A stretch of 35,430 nucleotides of DNA, from IMG/VR virus record IMGVR_UViG_2923302340_000005, positions 1 to 35,430 of that record. One strand, written 5' to 3'. The first letter of the stretch is position 1. Every line of letters begins with the position of its first letter. A program made the position numbers and the translations under genes. This document shows, one piece after another, positions 27,256-35,430 of this stretch. Source of the stretch: a virus (taxonomy: Duplodnaviria > Heunggongvirae > Uroviricota > Caudoviricetes). The notes below the pieces were generated by a model that worked only from the letters and a program-made list of their open reading frames with translations, was not told the DNA's origin and made no database searches.

Positions 27256-30099
27256 TCAATCTTTATCGTAAAAACTGCCACGCCCGGCACGGGCGCGCCG
27301 TTCCATTTCTGCCCTGACCATTTCACCGACCAGTTTCGCCAGTTCGCGGGGATTCTGTGTAACAACGTTATGCAGATGAACATGAATTTCACCGCCAAAT
27401 CCGGAGGCAACAGGCTCCCGGTTACGGGAAGTTGCAGGAACTGATGCCACTGGCGATCGTATGGCCTCCGCCACCGGGCGGGAACTGGCCGCAACAACAG
27501 GGACCAGCGCCGGAGGCAGCGGAGCCGGGACCACGGGTGTGATATTAATTGCGGGGGCAGGCTTACTGACCTGCGCAATCTTCCGCTCCTGCCACTCTCC
27601 ACGAACAGCAAGTGCGCGGGGCAGGTTCTTAAAGACAATATCGCCGGGGCCAATGCGTTTTTTCGTCTCATCAACCAGCTTACCTGTGTTATCAGCAATT
27701 TTGCTGAGTCTGCGTAGCGTCCCGGTATTGCTGTCTGTGAGCGGTTTGTTGTCTTTGGGTTTATTACCTCCGGTGCCATTGCCATTTTCCACAGGCTTCG
27801 GCGGATTGATTTTCGCCAGGTCACCCTGAAGCAAGGCAACCTTGTCCTGAAGAATGGCCGCACGCTGTGCGTCTTCGATTTTCTTGCGCGCCCTTTCCGC
27901 TTCATCCGGAAGGACGCCAAGTTTTTCAAGTATCCACGCCAGCGTATCCAGTAGCATTTTTGCAGGTGTCAGAACAAGCTGTAACGCACCGCCAAGAACG
28001 TTACCGAATATCTCGCCAGCACTGGTACATTTATCCAGCGTTTCCTTGCTGGACTCCATCGGTGACAGCAGCGATTTAAACCAGTTAAACACCTGGCTGA
28101 TCCCGCTTCCGATTGTGTCAAAAACAGGACCAAACCGTTCAAAGGTTTCGCGCAACGGGGTCAGCCTTTCCATAATCCCGCTGAACACCCCGGCAAAAAA
28201 TGCCCTGATGGGATCCCAGTATTTCCAGATAAGAACGGCAGCTCCGGCAAGCGCAGCCACGATAAGACCAACCGGACTGAACAGCGCCCCGATAGCGCCT
28301 CCCAGTAAAGAAACGGAACCCGTCACCATTCCCCACAGCGCAGGCAACACCCTGACGACATTCATTGACCGGGTAAGAATGTCAAAACCAAGACGCAGGG
28401 TGGCCAGCTTCCCGTAAAGCACCCCAATAACCAGCGACAACGAGCCAATCGTTGCAGTCATTGCCAGCAACGCACCGCCTGCTATCAGTAGCTGGCGCGT
28501 CAGTACCGGATGGGCCTGCGCCAGCGAGGTGATTTTTTCAAGCACCCGCGTGAGCCACTGCGTGACAGAACGCAGCGGACCGTCAACCAGATCACTGATG
28601 CGAATACGAAGACCTTCCCATGCGCTGTCGAGATTTTTCAGGTCCCCATCAAGATTATCGGCCATTACTTTTGCGACGCGATCGGCCTCTCCCCTTGCCC
28701 CCTGCAATTCTCTGGTCAGTTTTTGCAGCTCTCCTGAACCAGCCGCCGCAACAAGCGTCTGCAAACCAACGAACGCCTCTTCTCCGGCGATGTCCTTGAA
28801 GAAGGAAACCTGGTCCACCTGTCCGTATTTTTGTGTCGCCTTATAGAGATCAAGCAGCACATCCTCCATCGGGCGCATTTTGCCTCTGGCGTCAGCAACT
28901 GACACCCCCAGCTCTTTCAGTGCATCAGCCGCAGCTTTTGGCGGTGATGCAAGGCGGGACAGACTTGCGCGCATGGCCGTACCAGCATCGCTTCCGCGAA
29001 GACCATTATTGGCAAGCATCCCGGCCATGGCTGCCGCTTCTTCAAGACTGATACCAAGTTTTGCGGCAACCGGACCGGTATACTTCATGGTTTCGCCCAG
29101 CGCGCGTAAATCAGTATTGGTCCGGGTGAATGCTGCTGTCAGCGTATCGCCAACACGGTCCATTTGATCGGCTGTCAGGTTGAACTGTGTGAGGATATTG
29201 GAGCCTATATCAGCCGTCTCGCCGAGTTCGACGCCACCTGCCAGCGCCATATTAAGAACACCGGGCAATGCGGCCTGAATGGCCTGCGGAGTAAAACCAG
29301 CCATTGCCAGAAAGCTCTGCCCACTGGCGGCATCACTCGCAGTAAACTGTGTTTCAGAGCCAAGTTTTAACGCCTGCTCACGCAGCGCCTTAAACTGTGG
29401 GCTGTTTTTGTCGATTCGCGTCAGTGCCTGAACGCGGGACATCTCTTTGCCGAACCCGATCGCAGGCTGCAAAAAACGCCCGGCAGCATAGCCGCCCGCC
29501 GTTGCCGCACCAATTGCCAGCGCACCACCTGTTTTCAGTTTTCCCGCTGTTTCCTGCGCGCGCGAATACCGCTCACGCGCCCGTGTTACACGCGCAAGCG
29601 CCTGCCGTTCGCGTTCAAGCTGGTTGTTGTACTGTTCGGTGCGTCTGATGGCCTGCTGGATGGTGTTATCGCTGCCTGTCAGGGAAATGCCGTGGCGTTT
29701 CAGCTCTCCGCCAAGCTCCCGCATTTTCTGAATTTCCCGTGTGCGCGATTCATTCAGGCGTTCAAGCCGGGTGCTTAACTGCTGCATCAGCTTTTGTTGT
29801 TTTTCGCTGAGCACTGTACCCGTGCGTTGTAACTGATTAAGGGCGTTAAGCTGGCGTCGTGCTTTCAATATGCCAGCATCCGCTTTACCGACAGCGTCAC
29901 GGGCGCGCTCAAATGAACGCGCCTGACGCTCGAGATTTTTGATCGCCCCCTGCGTTCGCTGGATGGAGTCACCAAACTGCCCCATCAGGCGGCGGGCGTT
30001 TTCGGCAGGCCGGGTCAGCCTGTCAACGGCGCTGAAAGCGACCCGGATGTCAAGAGTCTTCATTGTCTGCATTCCCGCTGCGAAGTGCCGCCCGCTCAC
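27256..30099 (-). CDS. T: Tail tape measure protein, P2 gpT-like
   Basis: 947 aa, long helical N-terminal part and hydrophobic central segments typical of tape measure proteins; immediately follows E/E'. Alternative start at internal ATG 30069. Confidence 0.85.
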   Translation of the reverse strand: MSGRHFAAGMQTMKTLDIRVAFSAVDRLTRPAENARRLMGQFGDSIQRTQGAIKNLERQARSFERARDAVGKADAGILKARRQLNALNQLQRTGTVLSEKQQKLMQQLSTRLERLNESRTREIQKMRELGGELKRHGISLTGSDNTIQQAIRRTEQYNNQLERERQALARVTRARERYSRAQETAGKLKTGGALAIGAATAGGYAAGRFLQPAIGFGKEMSRVQALTRIDKNSPQFKALREQALKLGSETQFTASDAASGQSFLAMAGFTPQAIQAALPGVLNMALAGGVELGETADIGSNILTQFNLTADQMDRVGDTLTAAFTRTNTDLRALGETMKYTGPVAAKLGISLEEAAAMAGMLANNGLRGSDAGTAMRASLSRLASPPKAAADALKELGVSVADARGKMRPMEDVLLDLYKATQKYGQVDQVSFFKDIAGEEAFVGLQTLVAAAGSGELQKLTRELQGARGEADRVAKVMADNLDGDLKNLDSAWEGLRIRISDLVDGPLRSVTQWLTRVLEKITSLAQAHPVLTRQLLIAGGALLAMTATIGSLSLVIGVLYGKLATLRLGFDILTRSMNVVRVLPALWGMVTGSVSLLGGAIGALFSPVGLIVAALAGAAVLIWKYWDPIRAFFAGVFSGIMERLTPLRETFERFGPVFDTIGSGISQVFNWFKSLLSPMESSKETLDKCTSAGEIFGNVLGGALQLVLTPAKMLLDTLAWILEKLGVLPDEAERARKKIEDAQRAAILQDKVALLQGDLAKINPPKPVENGNGTGGNKPKDNKPLTDSNTGTLRRLSKIADNTGKLVDETKKRIGPGDIVFKNLPRALAVRGEWQERKIAQVSKPAPAINITPVVPAPLPPALVPVVAASSRPVAEAIRSPVASVPATSRNREPVASGFGGEIHVHLHNVVTQNPRELAKLVGEMVRAEMERRARAGRGSFYDKD

Positions 30100-30579
30100 G
30101 CCAGCTAACCACTTCGCCGGGCGTCATCATGAAGATTTCGGCGGGCGACCAGTTAAAAATGGCGGCAATATCCGCCACCAGATCTTCGATGTGCTCAAAG
30201 CACACCAGGGTGATTACGCTGCCGTCTCCTGCACGCTCTTCGCGCCAGAGTCTGGCTCGCTCATAAAATTTACAGCCACAGCGCACAACTGAATAAAATC
30301 GCGTGACGACATTTTTTTAATCATCACTTCATCCAGTCGTGGCGAGGTCACGCGAGGCAACAGCGTGAACATGGTATCCGCTTTCAGATTCAGCACATCA
30401 GACAGCGACAGACCACGCAGGGATCCAGCCTGCTCAATAGCCCCGGTGATCTCCACATACGTGATTTTTTCGCCACCACGCTCAATTGGTCGGGTCAGTT
30501 TTACGCCACGCTCGCTGGTTTCTTTCACAGTGTCAGCAACGACCGTATTTTCGGTATCGATGTTTTTCGTCTCTTTCAT
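30050..30579 (-). CDS. E+E' fusion made by programmed -1 frameshift
   Basis: Plus-strand T7 run at 30312-30318 (AAAAAAA on the coding strand, in codons AUU AAA AAA AUG); the -1 frame is open from this site to the stop at 30050 and overlaps the T start. Confidence 0.65.
30214..30579 (-). CDS. E: Tail assembly chaperone, P2 gpE-like (unshifted product)
   Basis: 121 aa between tail tube and tape measure genes; contains an A7 slippery run. Confidence 0.8.
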   Translation of the reverse strand: MKETKNIDTENTVVADTVKETSERGVKLTRPIERGGEKITYVEITGAIEQAGSLRGLSLSDVLNLKADTMFTLLPRVTSPRLDEVMIKKMSSRDFIQLCAVAVNFMSEPDSGAKSVQETAA

Positions 30580-30633
30580 CAGGAAACTCCTTTCAGTCAG
30601 AGGCGACGCACTGCGCCGCCTGCATATTACTTA

Positions 30634-31146
30634 TCAGCCAAGCCCGAGCGCGGAACGGATGCGATCGGGCACAATGTCCTTGCCGTCCTTCCGGTAAATG
30701 AAGTTCAGCAGGTCAATCTCCCACAACGGGCGATCGTTAACACTCAGCTTGTAGTAGGTGTTTTTAATGGCGTAAGTGTGTGATGTGGCTTCGCCCTGTT
30801 TGGCTTCCCCCATATCAATTTCCGTCACACGTCCGCGCATTTCGACTTCATACAGGTCGCTTTCATCATCGGTGTAGTATTCACCCGCAAAACGCAGCAG
30901 CGTGCCGTCAATCGTGCCGCCATACTTCAGGAACAGCTCACGAACTGCGCCCCCCATGACAAAGCTCGCATCAAGCGCGGAGTCGTCCAGACCGAGATCA
31001 ATACTTACCGCCCCCATCATGCCACCACCCCGGTAGCTGTCGGTTTTGCGCGTCAGTTTAGGCAGGGTGACGGACGTCACCTTACCCACTTCGTTTTCAC
31101 CATCCACAAACAGCGTAAAAAAGCGAAGATGTTTTGGTACAGCCAT
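30634..31146 (-). CDS. FII: Tail tube protein, P2 gpFII-like
   Basis: 170 aa; size and position downstream of the sheath gene. Confidence 0.85.
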   Translation of the reverse strand: MAVPKHLRFFTLFVDGENEVGKVTSVTLPKLTRKTDSYRGGGMMGAVSIDLGLDDSALDASFVMGGAVRELFLKYGGTIDGTLLRFAGEYYTDDESDLYEVEMRGRVTEIDMGEAKQGEATSHTYAIKNTYYKLSVNDRPLWEIDLLNFIYRKDGKDIVPDRIRSALGLG

Positions 31147-32330
31147 CAGGCACCTCCCAGCACCGCAAATGCGGGACCAAAGAATTCATCAGTAAACGAC
31201 TGGTAAAGCTCCATGTCTTCCAGCGGAGGAACGGGCGTATATTTGTAGCGAATACGCACACGCCCCTGACGTAAATTCGTGGTGCTGTTATCCACGATGT
31301 CATACCAGCACTCCGCGCCAATCAGTTTCCCGGCAGTAACCAGTGAATCCAGTTTTGCCCTGATGGCACTGATAACATCCTTCACGTTCGCAGGCGTCAG
31401 TGGACTGTCGATGGTTTCAAACTGCGCTTCCGCAATTGAATCAGCCAGCACCTGTGCAGTTCGGGTATACACCTCAAAGATGTAGGCGTTCGTTTCCGGT
31501 GTGCGGTTGCCCCAGAAGCGGAACCCGTTGCGACGAATAATGGTCGTGATTTCTTTGTTGTTGAGGCTGTTGGCATCGCTGTCTTCGGCCTGCAACGACC
31601 AGAACACATGCCTCGACATCCCCAGCACATTTTTAACCGGAACGTTGGACAGCGATTTGTGCCAGCCCTGCTCATGGTCAATGTACGCACGAAGGCCGCA
31701 CGCATAAGCAGGCGCGGGGAACGTTTCGTTTTCGCCACTTTTCGGGTTGTAGGCGATGAAGTCCGGCCATAAGAGCATCACTTCACGTTCGTTGAATTTC
31801 TGGCGGTAGGTAATCGCTTCAGCCATCGTGTTACAGCCGTGACATGAGGCATACACAAATGCGCGCAGTTTACCCGCAATCACGCACAGGGATTTTGTCA
31901 CCGCCTCCGTGTCCAGCTCCGGCGCGGCCAGAATACGCGGACGGTATCCGATGCTTTCATCCTGCTCTGCAACAAGCAGCGCATACATCCCCGTATAGCT
32001 GCCGTCATCCTCAGAACCACCGATAACCAGTTGATCCTGCGTCTTTTCGTCTTCTTCTTTGTGTTCAGCCACGCGAACGACGATCACCTTTGTGCTCACC
32101 TGGTCTGCGATGGCCTTAAGCGCACGATAAAGCGTCCCCGTTGTTCCGCATTTTCCCAGCACGTCATTGACGCGGGTCAGCAGTGTGGGCTTGTTCAGCG
32201 GGAACAGCTTCGCGTCCGCATCATCCGCCGTTGCCACGATACCGATAACGCTGGAATCAACATCGTTAATCGCTGTTACCAGGTCGGTATTTTCCGTAAC
32301 ACGGGCACCATGAAAACGAGTTTCACTCAT
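31146..32330 (-). CDS. FI: Tail sheath protein, P2 gpFI-like
   Basis: 394 aa; AAGGGG RBS; first gene of the leftward sheath-tube-E-T-U block. Confidence 0.85.
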   Translation of the reverse strand: MSETRFHGARVTENTDLVTAINDVDSSVIGIVATADDADAKLFPLNKPTLLTRVNDVLGKCGTTGTLYRALKAIADQVSTKVIVVRVAEHKEEDEKTQDQLVIGGSEDDGSYTGMYALLVAEQDESIGYRPRILAAPELDTEAVTKSLCVIAGKLRAFVYASCHGCNTMAEAITYRQKFNEREVMLLWPDFIAYNPKSGENETFPAPAYACGLRAYIDHEQGWHKSLSNVPVKNVLGMSRHVFWSLQAEDSDANSLNNKEITTIIRRNGFRFWGNRTPETNAYIFEVYTRTAQVLADSIAEAQFETIDSPLTPANVKDVISAIRAKLDSLVTAGKLIGAECWYDIVDNSTTNLRQGRVRIRYKYTPVPPLEDMELYQSFTDEFFGPAFAVLGGA

Positions 32331-32487
32331 AGCTTCAGCCCCTTGTATCCGTTAAATGATTCGGCAACAATCATCACCCACCACGCGCGTAATCTCACCC
32401 CTGCGCCGTTCTCCCGCCACGGCGACAACAAAAAGCAGTAACCCCCTCCGCACGCACATGCGACCATGCCACACAAGGAGGGAGCAG

Positions 32488-33597
32488 ATGACCGACACCA
32501 CCATGCAATTGCTCAGTCAGGGCACAGACCCCGTGAAAATGCCGGATTTTGATATTCTCGCGGAGGGTAAAACGCTGTCAGGCGTGGCAGAGCGCCTGAT
32601 GAGCCTGTCACTGACCGACAACCGGGGATTTGAGGCGGACCAGCTCACCATCACGCTGGATGATGCGGATGGTCAGTTGCAGCTACCGCCACGGGGCGCG
32701 CGCCTGACGGTTCTCATTGGCTGGAAAGGCGAACCGCTGACAGAAAAAGGCACTTACATTGTTGATGAAATCGCTCACGAAGGACCGCCGGACAGGCTGA
32801 CTGTTTCAGCCAGAAGCGCAGATTTTCGGGATGAATTTAACGTTAAACGTGAGGTGTCCTGGCATGATGTGACCGTTGAGCGTGTGGTATCCGCCATCGC
32901 TCATCGGTACGGTCTGAAACCGCAAATCAGCGAAATGCTGATGGATATCGAAATCGACCACGCCGACCAGACCGAAGAAAGCGACATGTCCTTTCTTACG
33001 CGCATGGCGGAAATGCTGGGCGCAATCACCACGGTAAAAAGCGGTAATCTGTTATTCATTATGCCAGGCAGTGGCGTGAACGCACAGGGCCAGCCGTTGC
33101 CATCGTTCGCCATCACGCGCAGCAGTGGCGATCGCCATCAGTTCCGCATTGCTGACCGCGAAGCGTATACGGGGGTACGCGCTTACTGGCTTGATCTTAA
33201 TTACGGGAAAAAGAAAAAAGTCAGCGTGAAACGCCGCAAACCGCCAAAAACCAAAAAGGAGAAAAGCAGCAGCCGTGAAGGTGATTATATGGAAGGCGCG
33301 GAAGGCAATGTGTTTGTGTTACGCAAGACTTATCAGAACGAACAGGCAGCAAGACGCGCAGCGGCGGCAAAGTGGCAGCAGCTACAACGCGGAGCCGCAT
33401 CATTCTCCATCACGCTGGCACGTGGTCGTGCAGAACTCTACCCCGAAATGCATGGCACGGTAACAGGATTTAAAAGCGAGATTGATAATCAGGACTGGAT
33501 TATTGCAAAAGCCGAGCACATCATTGATAACAGCGGCTTTACCACGCAGCTTGAGCTTGAGGCAAAAATCCCGGAATGGATAGCAGAAACAGACTGA
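32488..33597 (+). CDS. D: Tail / late control protein, P2 gpD-like
   Basis: Start ATG 32488 behind AAGGAGGGAG (track ORF starts at 32356); matches P2 gpD (LSLTDNRGFEADQL.I.LDD.DGQ..LP.RGA, GWKG). Confidence 0.8.
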   Translation: MTDTTMQLLSQGTDPVKMPDFDILAEGKTLSGVAERLMSLSLTDNRGFEADQLTITLDDADGQLQLPPRGARLTVLIGWKGEPLTEKGTYIVDEIAHEGPPDRLTVSARSADFRDEFNVKREVSWHDVTVERVVSAIAHRYGLKPQISEMLMDIEIDHADQTEESDMSFLTRMAEMLGAITTVKSGNLLFIMPGSGVNAQGQPLPSFAITRSSGDRHQFRIADREAYTGVRAYWLDLNYGKKKKVSVKRRKPPKTKKEKSSSREGDYMEGAEGNVFVLRKTYQNEQAARRAAAAKWQQLQRGAASFSITLARGRAELYPEMHGTVTGFKSEIDNQDWIIAKAEHIIDNSGFTTQLELEAKIPEWIAETD

Positions 33598-33639
33598 ACA
33601 ACTTAGAATAGCGCCAGCACCACGTTAAGGGAGGTCGCT

Positions 33640-33900
33640 ATGTTCCGTTGTCCGCTTTGTGGCGCATCTGCCCGTATCCGCACCAGTCGTCCGGAAAATG
33701 ATTCAAACACCGTGCGGCAAAAGTATTACCAGTGTAACAACCTGGAATGCGGCGTATGCTTCTCAACACTGGAAGCCTTCCATAAATTCACATCAAAACA
33801 CGCCTCCGGCGTTCACTCTTCAGAAGGTATCCCGTGGCATGAGCTGCCAGCTTCACACAGGGGAAACAATCAGATGAGTTTGCCTTTACCTCAGAATTAA
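33640..33900 (+). CDS. ogr: Ogr/Delta-family zinc-finger late transcription activator
   Basis: 86 aa; MF.CPLC...AR.RTSR......Y.QC.N..C matches the Ogr CxxC...CxxC zinc finger; last gene of the phage backbone; AAGGGAGG RBS. Confidence 0.8.
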   Translation: MFRCPLCGASARIRTSRPENDSNTVRQKYYQCNNLECGVCFSTLEAFHKFTSKHASGVHSSEGIPWHELPASHRGNNQMSLPLPQN

Positions 33901-33988
33901 CAGGCAGAATTGCCGGAGTAACAAAAAAGCGATAGATTACGCGCGGGTGCCTTTCGGCTGATGGTCGGAGGGAATACCCGAAGGCCAG

Positions 33989-34225
33989 ATGTGGAAAGGC
34001 CCCGGAAAACATTTCTGTTTAACCGAGGCCCTAACACTTCTTACCTTCGCAAGTAGAAGGTTAGCGCCTCTCCTCTCAGGAGACAAGCGTTATGACGCAA
34101 ATTCCGTTAAAAACCCTGTTACTTTGCATAACTGCGGTAGCGATAATCTGGATCCTCCACACATCACCGTGCGAGTTACGATTCAGGTTTGCTGGCACGG
34201 AAATTGCGGCATTCTTACTATGTAA
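33989..34225 (+). CDS. Mok-like overlapping reading frame (putative)
   Basis: 78-aa ORF in a different frame that spans the hok-like gene, as mok does in hok/sok loci; no independent support. Confidence 0.3.
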   Translation: MWKGPGKHFCLTEALTLLTFASRRLAPLLSGDKRYDANSVKNPVTLHNCGSDNLDPPHITVRVTIQVCWHGNCGILTM

Positions 34226-34232
34226 TAAGTAA
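34092..34232 (+). CDS. hok: Hok/Gef-family type I toxin (46 aa)
   Basis: Not in the ORF track. AGGAG 9 nt upstream of ATG 34092; translation MTQIPLKTLLLCITAVAIIWILHTSPCELRFRFAGTEIAAFLLCNK has the Hok signature: hydrophobic helix with CxT, then CE(L/V)R.R....E(I/V)AAF..C. Confidence 0.75.
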   Translation: MTQIPLKTLLLCITAVAIIWILHTSPCELRFRFAGTEIAAFLLCNK

Positions 34233-34319
34233 GATAACCGCGACGGGGGAGTAATCCCCCGTCAATCGGTTGCTAAGGTTGGTCGAAACGGCACCCTATC
34301 TCACAGACATGAACAACAA

Positions 34320-34353
34320 ACCCGCAGCGTAAAAACTGCGGGTTTTCTTTTTG
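34320..34353 (+). terminator. Rho-independent terminator at the 3' end of the hok-like transcript
   Basis: Stem CCCGCAG / CTGCGGG followed by TTTTCTTTTT; a second hairpin GGTGCCCTC / GAGGGCACC lies at 34354-34376. Confidence 0.6.
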
Positions 34354-34481
34354 GTGCCCTCACAAATGAGGGCACCATACATAAGCAATAGGCATAACAG
34401 ATCGATGCAATAAATCCGATCGATAAAAACGATCGATTTGCTATCATATCGGCAGCAGTAACCACACAAGAGGTGCCGCAA

Positions 34482-34679
34482 ATGACGCAAAATGTACGAT
34501 GCAAAAATTGCAACAAACTACTTGCCCGCGCCTCATTTCACTACATTGAAATAAAATGTCCGCGCTGCAAAACACTTAACCAGATAACGAGAGCCATCGA
34601 GCACCCCACACACATGAGGAGTTATGACCGTGGGGATCGCAATCCAGCACCAACCAGCACATACACCGGAACACACTAA
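34482..34679 (+). CDS. com: Com-like zinc-finger protein (Mu Com family)
   Basis: 65 aa from ATG 34482 (track starts at GTG 34473); RCKNCNKLL...HYIEIKCPRCK is nearly identical to the Mu Com zinc finger as I recall it; 3' end overlaps the methyltransferase start by 56 nt. Confidence 0.75.
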   Translation: MTQNVRCKNCNKLLARASFHYIEIKCPRCKTLNQITRAIEHPTHMRSYDRGDRNPAPTSTYTGTH

Positions 34680-35430
34680 GGTTTATCAGACTGACAATGC
34701 CACGCTCTGTCGTGGGAATGCGCTGGAAATATTGCCGCTGATTGAGCCAGAAAGCATTGATGCCTTAATCACTGACCCGCCTTACAGTTCGGGCGCGACA
34801 CACAAGGCCGGACGCACCAACCAGGGCAGCCATGCAAAATATCTGAACGGCGAGAACCTTCACCGCTTTGATGGGTTCGCGGGTGAAAACATGGACGCCC
34901 GTTCGTGGGCTTACTGGACACAATTATGGATGGCACAGGCACACCGCGCAGTCAGGCCGGGCGGTTATGCCCTGGTATTTACTGACTGGCGACAACTACC
35001 AGCTTTAACCGATGCGTTTCAGGCCAGTGGCTTTACATGGCGCGGCATCATTGCGTGGAACAAGGGGAGGGGGTCACGAACACCACATACCGGGTATTTC
35101 CGGCATCAGTGCGAATACATCGTCTGGGGCAGCAAAGGCCATTTAGATAAATCGCCTTCGGGACCGTTCGACGGCTGCATGACGTTCCCAGTTATCCCGT
35201 CAAAGAAAATGCACCCGACCGGAAAACCAGAAGAACTAATGGCGGAACTGGTCAGGACTGTGAATAGTGGCGGAACAGTCCTTGATCCTTTTATGGGGTC
35301 AGGGACAACGGGTGTGGCTGCACTGAAAGCAGGGCGAAAATTTATTGGTATAGAAACCAGTGATCATTATTTTGAGGTAGCAGCGCAGCGGCTTCGGGGG
35401 ACTATTACCACAACCATTTCGGCTACATAA
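34624..35430 (+). CDS. DNA methyltransferase, beta-class amino-methyltransferase (N6-adenine or N4-cytosine)
   Basis: 268 aa, complete (TAA at 35428-35430); motif IV DPPY (ITDPPYSS) precedes motif I (FMGSGTTG), the beta-class order; GAGGA RBS. Confidence 0.8.
   Translation: MTVGIAIQHQPAHTPEHTKVYQTDNATLCRGNALEILPLIEPESIDALITDPPYSSGATHKAGRTNQGSHAKYLNGENLHRFDGFAGENMDARSWAYWTQLWMAQAHRAVRPGGYALVFTDWRQLPALTDAFQASGFTWRGIIAWNKGRGSRTPHTGYFRHQCEYIVWGSKGHLDKSPSGPFDGCMTFPVIPSKKMHPTGKPEELMAELVRTVNSGGTVLDPFMGSGTTGVAALKAGRKFIGIETSDHYFEVAAQRLRGTITTTISAT

Noticed and set aside
27461-29648. Multiple plus-strand ORFs opposite the tape measure gene
   Set aside because: Antisense shadows within a single long, well-supported gene.
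32331-32487. Canonical Ogr-type late promoter box (TGT-N12-ACA) in the FI-D and P-O intergenic regions
   Set aside because: Only TGT-N15-ACA at 14426-14446 and nothing with correct spacing in 32331-32487; no late promoter is claimed.
33901-34472. tRNA or tmRNA integration target at the right end
   Set aside because: No T-loop consensus (GGTTCGA or GGTTCAA then TCC) or cloverleaf found; the region is explained by the hok-like locus.
1-35430. CRISPR arrays, rRNA or tRNA genes, IS elements
   Set aside because: No regularly spaced short repeats, no rRNA or tRNA signatures, and no transposase-like ORFs seen anywhere in the window.
33901-35430. Exact prophage right boundary (attR core)
   Set aside because: The left att is outside the window, so the core repeat cannot be identified; whether the hok-like and com/methyltransferase module is inside or outside the prophage is left open.

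Overview
The window is essentially one near-complete P2-like temperate myovirus prophage (Peduovirus-type) from an enterobacterial host, running from the integrase at the left edge to ogr at the right. Order: int and C repressor (-), then a cox-like early operon and rolling-circle replication gene A (+), an accessory island, portal Q and terminase P (-), the capsid, lysis, baseplate and tail-fibre genes O through G (+), a second accessory gene, the tail sheath-to-U block (-), then D and ogr (+). Beyond ogr lie a Hok-family type I toxin locus and an overlapping Com-like zinc finger / DNA methyltransferase pair. The left att site is outside the window, so prophage boundaries cannot be fixed. Gene calls rest on the supplied ORF track, ribosome-binding sites read by eye, and protein-family motifs recalled from memory; no database search or numerical computation was run. 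The most interesting content sits at the two canonical P2 cargo positions and at the right end: (1) between gene A and the portal, a ParM/ParR-like actin-type partition cassette, a tandem pair of Ea22/Ead-like genes bracketed by matching palindromes, a 560-bp structured noncoding region that is probably cos, and an orphan gene; (2) at the Z/fun position, an AT-rich WcaB/CysE-like acetyltransferase next to a tail operon that appears inverted relative to P2; (3) the hok-like locus and Com/methyltransferase pair. My best candidate for an undescribed system is the gene A-to-portal island, but I cannot assign a function to it from sequence alone.
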